DNA of 64,000 nucleotides. Origin: Octopus vulgaris. Taxonomy: Eukaryota. The notes below the pieces were generated by a model, which had not been told where the DNA came from, made no database searches, and saw only the letters and a list, made by a program, of their open reading frames with translations. The stretch is from positions 155,806,001-155,870,000 of the forward strand of contig OX597814.1 of the NCBI GenBank assembly GCA_951406725.2. Direction: 5' to 3'. Each line of letters begins with the position of its first letter. Within the stretch, counting starts at the first letter, position 1. A program made the position numbers and the translations under genes. This document shows, piece after piece, positions 53,206-64,000 of the stretch.

Positions 53206-56070
53206 AAATGTCTTCAATCGTATTTTCTTTTTCTTCAGAACCTTGTCATAACATAATTCATTTTTACCATTTCATTTTATTTTCCTTCATGTTTACCCTG
53301 AACGTGATGACTGCATCTACCACTTCAATTAATTCCCCTCCCTACACACACAGCCATAATCTAACTTCTTCAAATTATATTCTAGATTGATTTTCATGCT
53401 AATCGTTTCTCGATTATTGATCCCTTAATATATGTTCTTAATATTTATTCCTTAAGCCAGACTGAAATTGCATGTTAATAACCCGTCTACCTCTACCTTA
53501 TTATCCTGATTTTACTGAACTTCACTGTCATTCCAGCATTTCGTTTCTTTTCATGTGAATTCTAAATTACACTTACAATAATATTTGTGTTCATTTATTT
53601 AAAAAATGTTTTTCCTCGTTTCTATTATCTTATCCTTTCTCCCTCTAATTCAATTATATTCCACTAATTTCCTTATTTATGCATGTCATTCTTGGTATCC
53701 TTAATTGTGAATAATAATTATGTTATCTACTCTTGATTCTAAAATCCATAATAGGAAGAAGATGCGAATCCATTTGGGAGCTCTGTATATTGTGAATTGC
53801 AAATGACGAACAACAAATGGTTTTGCACTATATCTCTTTCACTAGCATTTGGGCAGCTTTAGTGAAGTTCACTCAGTCTCGTGCATTTGAACATGGCTCT
53901 GGGATCGAGGTAAAATGTTCATAGAACATATTACTTACAAAAGCATTTGACATTACGTAACGTTTTTCTTCGCTATTATATGATCAAGAAAACGTTTTCT
54001 TCGTGGAAAAAAAAATCTGGCTTCTGAATCTTACACAAGTAGAAAGCACCTTGAGATGTTATTCTATCCTATAGGACATGATTTTATGTTCTTCTTGCTC
54101 CAATTCGGGGCTAATATCTCTTCAAACAAAGTAGGATGAGAAGTCTAAAAATGATCATTGGCTTTCACTTGGACTAATTACTGGAACTGAAGCAGCGGTG
54201 TGTCTTATGCTTCTGATTTCTCTCAGTTTGCACACCATCGAAAACTTAAGTAAATTCTTTTTAAAAAGCATGGTAACTATTTTCTCTGTATAAATATTCC
54301 TGTATTTTTCAATTTGTTCACTGACCCATCTGACCTGCATGTTTCAAAGTTTCGAATGAACGAAGCTGTTAATTATATGTCTTCGATTTCGAGTACATAT
54401 CGTTTTGTTCGAATATTTCTATTGTTTTGTCTAAAGTAGCTTTGATCTTTTCATCGTTCGCACCAAATTAATCTTAATGTTTATCGTGCTTTTAACAAAT
54501 TAGTTGAAGGGCGGTTTATAAAATACATATTTGAAAACATTCCAATCCTCATCGACCCAAGGCTTCCTGAAAATTAATTGCTTTTTACTCATTCAATATA
54601 TTTTTTAAAGGACACGATTATTTTACTAAAGATTTTTTTAACATTTTGTTTTAGCTTTAAAACATTTCACAGAAATGTTTTCTTTCCGTATCCTAATTTG
54701 ATTTTGTGGATGTTTTTATTCTGGAAACATTTATATACTTTCTCAGTGATGATCGCAATGAAGTATCAGTTAGTTCATCCACGATTTATTTCAAGTAGGT
54801 CTGGTTCACTACCAAAGAGCAAACAGAGTATAAAACACAATCGTTCACAAGTAGAGGTTCTTTAATGTATAACTAGGTTTCTTGATGGCATATTTTCCAA
54901 CCTTTCTCTAACACTCTCTCCGATTTAATTTATACCAATTCATTGATTAAAATCTCCGAAGATAGGCACTGTGCCACATTCAGGGTAAAATTTCAAACGA
55001 GGAGATACACTTTTCGAAAATTCACATGTTTTTACTATCTTCCAGTTTTGTAAATGTTTGCACGTAATATCTGAAAATTGTTACCTTTTTATTTACTGTG
55101 GAGTGCTACTCATTGACACAAATGAAACACACTCCATTGTTTCTTCATTTAGTGATTGAGAATGTCATTTATAGCTGGCAAGCCAAATCTAGCTTCCGCA
55201 TTCATAGAAAGAAAAGCGCGCCCACCTCCTATTTCAGGATGTTTTGCAAACTAATTTCATTCAGACCTGCAATGCTAAACTTATACTGCGAAAACGTTTT
55301 ACCAATAAATATTCTTTTAAGTCTGAGCTATTTTCACTGTTCCAAATAGTACAAATATTTCAAGCTCATAGATTAAATAGTGCTGATATGTTACCGGTTT
55401 GTCTAACAAACAAAATCTCGCTGGTTGCAATTAGAGAGAAAGGAACAACATCTATGTTATATATTCTAGCCCTTTCTTCATGATAGGATGCATTCTTAAA
55501 GCAGTCTGTTCTATCGCCCCAGTAAGCGTAAAATCTGCTGCTTTCTTTTTCCGCAAAAGATAACCAGATAGCCTAGATCTCATTTGTTTAGAGTTTAGAG
55601 AACTACATCGGTTTTGGTCTTTACCACGTAAAACATCATTGTACTTTGCATTTGTGCTTGATTTGTTAACAGAAATTTAGAGTTGCGCAGTTATCTATCT
55701 TGTAGTGTCTTCCTACAAGTTTAGTGATCTACTAAGTCAGGACGACCGGAAAATTTTTATGCATACTATTTTCTTTTCTTCTCATTTCCACGAAAATGTT
55801 CGATCCGTATCGTTTTAGTTCTGATATATAATAGCCAGGTGAATGGGTGTCGCCTCATAACTATTTCACCAAAAGTGGATGGAAAAAAAAAGCAACGCTA
55901 ATGACAGTAATATTCCACTTCAGAAACGAAAATAATGATATAAAATGTAATAACCATGAAATGTGGTACTATCTATTTATATCAACTTCATGATTTATCT
56001 ATATCATTTATCACGTGCAAGGTAACGATATATTACAATAGTCCCGTCACTTCTTGAAATAAATTAATAA

Positions 56071-56072
<2 letters not shown>

Positions 56073-56127
<55 letters not shown>

Positions 56128-56141
56128 TATATGTGCATGTG

Positions 56142-56195
<54 letters not shown>

Positions 56196-56208
56196 CATAT
56201 ATATATAC

Positions 56209-56266
<58 letters not shown>
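56073..56266. repeat. (TA)n microsatellite
   Basis: Seen directly. Confidence 0.95.
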
Positions 56267-56268
<2 letters not shown>

Positions 56269-56593
56269 GTGTGTGTGTACGCAGACACACAGGCTTTTGT
56301 GTGTATGTGTATGTTTATACACACATATAGGAATTGCTTGAAAACTGTTTGGATCGATGCAAATATGACAGAAAACGACCTTATGGATTGTTAATTCAAT
56401 AATGCTTCAAATGATTTTTTGTGATATTTGAAACATCGCAAAAATCTCTACTTAAAAAAAAAATCAATTCATGCTCACCTATAAACACAATTCTTATAAA
56501 CTGTTTCTCGGAGGTCAAAATGTAGCGTAACACAGACTAATAAATTCCTGCTATACATAAAGAGTTGGTTTATAACATAGACACTCATCGTGT

Positions 56594-56631
<38 letters not shown>

Positions 56632-57438
56632 CAGGGTGTGGTGAATAAACTGTCGTTTAGATTACCCAAAAATGAAAATAAATTACAAAAATTACATAAA
56701 AAACATCTTGAAATACTAAAGTGTAACTTTATTCAATTAAATCGCAATTGGTTTCAACAATGGCCTCCAGATGACTTCAGAATCTCCTGGGCGGTCTACT
56801 TGTTTAAGTTTGTGAATGCAGCCATAATCCTTGCCTTCAGTTTATCTTTGATGTCTTTGGTGTTACAAGGAGTTTTTTTGGCCTCTCGCTCAACTGTGCT
56901 CCAAGCATAATAATCAAGGGCGTTGCAGTCTCGGCAGTTAGTTGGTCAGATGTTAGGGATGATGTGGTCACAGAAATGGACTGACAACTATGATTGGGTT
57001 CTGCTTGTGTGACATGATGCAGAGTCGGGTTACCAGACATTGGATCTTCCAGAAGCGACCCTCTTGACCCAGAGCAGCCCTACCTCCTCCAGACACGATG
57101 TAGGCCTCCATGTTGAGACTGAGGCCACATGAGAAGACGAATGGAGGCATAACTCTACCATCACTAGTGAACCAAACATCATGAGGCTGACTGGATGTTT
57201 TATTTTTATCACTCTCGGTAGATGTCCTCAGATTGACACGCTGAAATGTTTGTATTGAAGCTTCTGATGCGAATGCCAAGCAGTACAGTATGTTGTTTCC
57301 AAATTTCTGGGAGAGTGAAATGTGCTGCTTTCTCATAGACAGTGCTCAGCTAACCCTACTATACTGTGTAGTCGACATAATGAAAAAGGAACAATGCGCA
57401 AAATTAAGAATATAACACGGTGACAGTTCACCCATCTG
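56632..57438 (-). mobile_element. Internally deleted Tc1/maT-like transposon
   Basis: KIKHPVSLMMFG..SDGRVMPPFVF, DCNALDYYAWSTVER (the SPDxNPLD region); imperfect TIRs cagggtgtggtgaataaactgtc and gacagttcacccatctg; next to (TA)n tracts. Confidence 0.8.
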
Positions 57439-57442
57439 TGTT

Positions 57443-57492
<50 letters not shown>

Positions 57493-57764
57493 CACGTGCA
57501 TATATATATCTACCTATCTATTTATTTGTCTTTCTATACACATCTATAAACTACGGCGAGTTTAGTTGGGATTTCTTAACGACAATCTCACCTTAATATA
57601 ATTAAGGTATCTTCTGCCTAATATATGTACATATGTATTATTATACATATATATTATTTGCTTGCACAAATACTTGTATGCGTACTACATAAACACATAT
57701 TCAAATGTATGCACACATATAAATACATATATGCATACATATATACATGAATACACACAGTCGT

Positions 57765-58430
57765 AGTATAAAGGAGTAGTGATGGGTCACGCATAATAAA
57801 ATGGAGTACCGGTGGAATGTCCTACTGAAAACCTGAATGAAATGTAAACACAATAGACTTGATATAAGGATTAGGGATAGATAAACTGTGTACAGTACTG
57901 GAAATCAGCTGCTGAGCGGATGTTAACATAAAGCTAAATTTCAGTGAAAAAGGGAGTACCTACGCTGAAATATTGAGAAATCGGCAGTTACTCTATCCAG
58001 ATTATAAGTTCAGGTTTAAACCTGTAATTATTGAGGAACTGGGATATGTAACAAACTGCCTAATTACCAATTTTGAGAAATTAGGCTTCTCAAGACCAGA
58101 AAGAAGAAAGCTGATTTCAAGACTACTGATTCAATCCATCACTGGAACTGTAAAGTTCTGTAAAATTTTCTAGAAGTTTATCACTTATTGTATATATGAT
58201 CATGTCTAGACATGCAACTGTATGCATGAAAATACATTCATAAAACAAAACAAGCAGATCAGCACATATACTTTCATAAATTCATATATACATACATACA
58301 TACATACATATATACATACAAAATTACCCTGTCGATGTTGTTCGAATTCCAATGAAGGAATGTTGGATCTAGGTTAGAAACCGGCTCTTTCTCTATTGGC
58401 AACACTGCTTGAATTAAACCTGAATAATGA
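57765..58430 (+). mobile_element. 3' end of a second RLE-type LINE family (endonuclease remnant plus 3' UTR)
   Basis: VLEISC*ADVNIKL..EKGSTYAEILRNRQLLYPDYKFRFKPVIIEELG..QSITGTVKFCK resembles the RLE C-terminal motif. Confidence 0.7.
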
Positions 58431-58477
58431 TATGCATGCATACAAACATACATACATACATATGGACAATCATGCAT

Positions 58478-58562
<85 letters not shown>

Positions 58563-59001
58563 CATATATATATATAGGTGTGTGGTACCCATAGTATCGC
58601 AAAGTTTTCAACTGACATAGATCACTCAAAATGCATATGATTTTAGAATAATTCTGCATCTATACAAAGGCAGTGCTCAACATTATCACCTTCCTATTAT
58701 TCTACTCATCTTTCTATGTTTAGAAACAAATATTATCCCATTTTCGTCGAGGTTTTCGATAATATAGTTACAGACGAGTTTTAATGCTTAAAATTAAGTT
58801 AAATATCATAAATGATTTAATAGTTATCAATAATTCAACTGCACCAGTAGTAAAGTATTTCAAGCTGTTGTGAAAGGGAGGTTAGCAAAAGTTCTGAGGG
58901 AAATAAGGACAGTATTGATTGCATAAATAAAACACCAACGAAAAGATGATAAATTGCAGGTGATATTAAGGATAATTATTATGCCGCGTACACGTACATA
59001 T

Positions 59002-59075
<74 letters not shown>

Positions 59076-59654
59076 ACACACATACACACGTCGTAGTTTG
59101 AGTGACAGGATACGTATGCGTGACTTGCGTGTTTAACACGCTAGGAGCCACTGAAGAGGTAACCAACTACAAAATGTTGAATGAGTAGCGTACACGTTAG
59201 AAAAGATTGCAGTAACATGTGTAGTGAAATATTAATCGTGATTTGATAGGCATATATAATTAATAAATGATGGGATTGTCTCAAACGAAAAATCATTATA
59301 TTGCAATCATTTAATATTAGTAATAAAACATCTCCCGAAATAAAAAAGATTAGAGGAGCCGGTGTCTTTGGTAGTAAAGTTACATTATAGCTAGCCTGTT
59401 AGTCTTGTAATTGGCTTTTGGCTATTTCTTTTAAAAGTAAACAGGAAAACGCCTTTGCTTGTGTTAAGAAAGTGAACTACAAATGTCATGTCTCATATGG
59501 AAAAATGGTCAAGAAAGAATCTGTGGCAGTCAGCAATGGGAAGTTGGTATTTTAGATTCTTCTGTTCAATCAACACAAACGCGTCACCCACTATGTATAT
59601 GGATTTCAAATAACAGACTTAGAGTCACGTTAAATATTTGGAGAAAACTTACAG

Positions 59655-59722
<68 letters not shown>

Positions 59723-60639
59723 CGAGAGACAGACTGACAGACAGAGACAGAGGGGGAGGGAAGCTTGAGAGTGTCCGATAAGAGAATTTTAAACCGGCTA
59801 ACTACTGAGCATTTGCCCAAGATACATATATATGGTATACTCTTCCATCTTTATTTTATAATAAAATGTGGTTTTGTGCTTGACTCGGTTGACATAATAA
59901 TTATTCCTCAAATATATTACGGTGCTGTTTGTTAGGTGTGTTTTCTTTTTCTTTTTATCAGATTTTAACCTTTTAACCGAATGTATGAGGGTCTGATCAA
60001 AGATGTGAGATAGTGTAACAGCATTTAAATATAGGATCAACTCTACAGCACAATATTTCCGGATGACTGAAGTGACACTATCAGGAGTAGTGGCACTATC
60101 ATTGGCTTCGTCCCAGCGCTTGCTGGAACGAAGCCAATGTTGCTTTCACATTTGACCAAGATTAAATTCTAATTAGTGTGAGACTTTTCGTCTCATATTT
60201 TTCTTACAGTGGGAGTAGTCCATAATTTAGATTTTTTTTCCTTTAAAATATCTCAGTCCTTGTAAGAATCCCAGGAAATTGCTATTTGACGCATTTGGGC
60301 AACATACGCTATTATAAGAAATAAATGCTATGGATTTAGTCGCCACCCGACTGAACAGCCAAAGTTTTATTCACATAGCCTGGTCGCTAATTTATACATT
60401 AACAGGCTTCAGTTAAGAAATATTTCCAAGATCTACACTCTGACAAATATGAGAAATATAAAAAGAAAAATGCTATTAAAATCTCTTGATCTAATTGTTT
60501 ACTCGAGAGCAAAGTACACTAAAATTACTGAAAAGTTAATAAGGAGTGTTAGATGGTGTGTTTATGCCTAGTACCCAGAAATGAAGTTCAGAGCGGCGGT
60601 AGTTTTGAATCATCTGCAGTACTAGTTGTCCCGATGGAC

Positions 60640-60800
60640 TTACGCATTATTTTGTCATGGTAAGTGGCACTTGCCAGAAACAAATAGAGGCTGCAATAAG
60701 CGTGGAGCACTTCCAGAAAACAATACTACTTGGAATCGCTCGAATATTCCGGCTGGTGCTCGAAAAATAAGTGAATAGCTGGCACCGTAGTCTTCACTAT
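60640..60800 (+). mobile_element. R4/Dong 3'-end fragment
   Basis: ggctgcaataagcgtggagcactt..cttggaatcgctcgaata matches 51022-51100. Confidence 0.75.
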
Positions 60801-61573
60801 ATCTCAGAAGCGAGATATAGTGAAGACAACGATATATATTGAGAGAGTGTATAATGTTAGAGTGTAATGCAAACATTTGACAAGAGAAACAGTGAGTACG
60901 ATAAACAGTTAAGCAGAAATATATAGGCGGATAGGGAATATATGTAAATGTGGGTTTGTGCTATGGGCGATTTTCGACAACGGGACAGCAGGTTGACGAA
61001 TTAACGAGCAGCTAGTTGCAGCGAGGCTGATGTTTAGCGGTAACTAATATACGGTTGGTGTAAAATAGTTTAAAGGTTAACAGAGGTTAAAAGCTATTGT
61101 GGGAAAAGGATAGCATGTTTGAGTGGTATATAATTTGAGAGATAATTTTAGAAAACTAGCTTCAAGTTTCTTCACAAAGTGATCGGACAAATATTAGAAT
61201 AATTCATAGAATATAAATCAATATGTTGGTTTTCGGCGAGATGGGATGATAGATACGTTAAGGTATTAAATATATTTCACTAACCTCTTTAAGTTTAGAA
61301 TTTGACATATGATTTATAATTTAACATCATGGCGAGATAGGCCTGATCATAATTTTTGTATGGCTTGATATACAGCGGTTGGTTTTTTCCCCCCTTCGTC
61401 ACCATCTTTCTGATAATAGATATAGTTCCTCTTCTAAGGGGGCTGCTTGTCCCCTCTGATCTTTGTACTGAGCATGATAACAATGGACAAATCCCAAAAA
61501 TATTGAAGCGTGTTTTATAGTTTATATTCATAACTCGAAGCCAAAACTCACCTTGTGAAGCAAACCAAATAAC

Positions 61574-61606
<33 letters not shown>

Positions 61607-61619
61607 CCTTTCTGCTATA

Positions 61620-61905
61620 GGCTTTTCCTTATGTTCATTTACTATGACTGTTCTGTTATTTTTTAACATCTTGTCCGTTTGAATAGGAAAGTCCCACAAA
61701 ATCTTTCAGTCCTGCGACTCTAGTTCTCTTTCGAGTCGATGATTTTACCATGCGTTTCCAGTTTCAAATCCCCATTTTTGGCAAAGTTTTCAGTGGAAAA
61801 CGTTTACAGTCTGGTCGTGCCTCTATTTCTTATATTTTTCTTGTGCCAACTTGCGACATTCTGTCACAATGTGTGCTACTGTCACATTCAAGTCCCACAG
61901 GCTCA
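61620..61905 (-). mobile_element. Older R4/Dong RLE fragment between two TAA tracts
   Basis: WDFPIQTDKMLKNNRTVIV (the RLE N-R-P-D region). Confidence 0.65.
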
Positions 61906-61909
61906 ACAT

Positions 61910-61914
61910 AATTA

Positions 61915-61982
<68 letters not shown>

Positions 61983-64000
61983 TAGTTTTATTTTTATAGC
62001 GTGCTTTCACTTCACTACCGAGCGCAGCTCTGTGTGCCTTGGGTATGTGCTGTGATTTTTTGTGATGCTCTGATGGTTATTGTATGGAAAGTGTTCTGCG
62101 TAGGATGTGTGCAGTGCCTAGTAGTGCAATTTTTTGTATGTTATATGTGTTTGTAAGTCCTGGTGTTTTTGTTATGTATTTGTCTGAATATTTTTTTTAT
62201 CATACCTAATGCACCTACTATGATAGGAATTGTTTCTGTTTTCAGATTCCACATTGTAGTTACCTCTATTTCCAGGTCTTTGTATTTTGAGAGTTTCTCC
62301 ATTTCTTTTAGAGACACGTTGTCATCTGCCGGTATTAATACATCAATTAGAAAGCATTTTTTCTTCATGATCTCTGACAACTATATCTGGTCTGTTGGCC
62401 TTAATTTCTCTATCTGTGTGTATCGGCATATCACAGAGTATGGTTGCTTTCTCGTTTTCTGTGACCTTTTCTGGTGTGTGCCTATACCATCTTTTTTCTG
62501 TTGTTATTCCAAAATGTTGGCATAGCTTCCAATGCATGTAGGTTCCAACTCTGTCATGTCTGTGAATATATTCCGTCTTAGCCAGGACTGGGCAGCCAGG
62601 GATAATATGATTTATTGTTTCTTGTCCATCTCCACATATTCTGCAGTTACTTGTTATATTTCTTTTCATTACATGTTTTTGGTAATTTCTGGTGGGGAGG
62701 CTTTGCACATGCAATTAAAAATCCCTCTGTTTCTGCTTTGAGTCCTGAGCTTCTCAACCATTGCTGGGTTTTTTCTTTGTCTATTTCTTTTGCGTTTAGT
62801 TTAGTCCAGTATTTACCATGAAGGGGCTTTTCTTGCCATCGTTTTATCATGGTTCGTTGCTGTTCTGTTTTTAGTTTGGATTTCATTTGTTTTATAGCTT
62901 TTGTTGTTTCTTCATCTTCTTCTTCTTCTTCTTCTCCTTCATGTTTATTAGGTGGTATGATTTCTTGTTTGTATTTGTCAGCTTCCTTAAATACTGAGAA
63001 CAGTTTTTTGTTTTGCTCGTGTTTTGTCGCTATCTGGATCAGTTTTCCTTCCTTCTGAAGTAGGTATTTTTGCAGTCCTATGGTGGTTATTTTATAGTAG
63101 TTTTCCAGCTGTATAAGGCCTCTACCACCTTCTATACGTTGTATATATAGTCTTTCTATGTCAGATTTTGGGTGATGCATCCTAGATCCTGTCATTATTT
63201 TTCTTGTTTTCCTGTCATTATTTTCCTGTCATTATTTTCCTATCTATTTTGGTCAGTTCATTTCGTGTCCAGTTAAGGATATTGTAGCTGTAACTTATAA
63301 CTGGGACAGCTAAAGTGTTGATACCTATTATCTTGTTTTTAGCATTGAGCTCTGTTTTTAGTATTGATCTAACTCGTCTATAATATTCTTTTTTTATTTT
63401 CTCTTTCATTTGTGTGCGTTGTGTCTTATCTAGTTCATGGATTCCTAAGTATTTGTAAGTTTGGCTTTGGTCTAATTCTTTTATTTCATTGGTTTTATCT
63501 AGTGTGATGTTGTTACTCTTAACTAGTTTTCCTCTTTTCATGGTTACTTTGGCGCATTTTTCTAATCCAAATTTCATATCTATTTCTTTGGTAAATCCAT
63601 GAACTGTCTTTAATAGTGTTTCCAGCTGTTTGTCATTTGCAGCGTATAGTTTTAGGTCATCCATATATAAAAGGTGGCTGATCGTTTTGCCGTAACATTT
63701 ATATCCGCATCCAGTTCTATTTAGTATATCAGATAGAGGTGACAGTGCCAAGCAGAAAAGGAGTGGAGAGAGCGTGTCTCCCTGGAATATTCCTCTTCTA
63801 ATGGGGATGTCTTTGGTTTTCATGAGTCCCTCTTTTGTTTGGAGGTGTAGGACTGTTTGCCATTTATTCATAGAGTGCTCTATGAATTTTATGATTGTTG
63901 GTGCTACTTTGTTAATGGCTAGTGTTTCGAGGATCCATGTGTGGGGGATGCTATCAAACGCCTTTTTGTAGTCAATCCAGGCCATACTGAGGCCTTTCTT
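61910..64000 (-). mobile_element. Young R4/Dong-clade non-LTR retrotransposon (RT, CCHC knuckle, RLE endonuclease), running off the window; several frameshifts; (TAA)n at the 3' end
   Basis: WIDYKKAFDSIPH, RRGIFQGDTLSPLLF, HLLYMDDLKLY, HHPKSDIERLY..GGRGL, WQEKPLHGKY, CRICGDGQETINHIIPGC..RHD, ANRPDIVV..LIDV..EKLSKYKDL..PIIVGALG. Stop near 62077, short 3' UTR, (TTA)n at 61910-61979. Confidence 0.95.

Noticed and set aside
58345-58392. ccaatga..gaaaccgg hammerhead-like layout in a LINE 3' region
   Set aside because: The core CUGA is absent and stem II is poor.
59146-59185. CTGAAGA ggta..tac aaaatgtt
   Set aside because: GAAA and stem I are missing; at best a very decayed motif.

Overview
AT-rich, microsatellite-dense eukaryotic DNA with no confidently recognisable host gene. 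Most listed ORFs are translations of (TA)n, (CA)n, (GATA)n or (TAA)n tracts, or pieces of transposons. The repeat content suggests an octopus or other coleoid cephalopod intergenic or intronic region (inference). It comprises three tRNA-headed SINE families, many R4/Dong-type RLE LINE relics (the least decayed at 62-64 kb), Penelope-like RT/GIY-YIG relics, an L1/Tx1 relic, mariner/Tc1 and hAT relics, and a MITE with an 8-bp TSD and telomeric repeats. The most interesting signal is a set of short non-coding elements carrying type I hammerhead ribozyme motifs. Two motifs look near-canonical (44327-44417 and 34827-34872, both on the minus strand) and others are degenerate (45305-45365, about 12.9 kb, about 16.7 kb). 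Most sit in a direct-repeat and/or inverted-terminus architecture beside (TA)n or (TTA)n tracts, like Penelope pseudo-LTRs or retrozymes. All calls are from manual reading; no database search was run.
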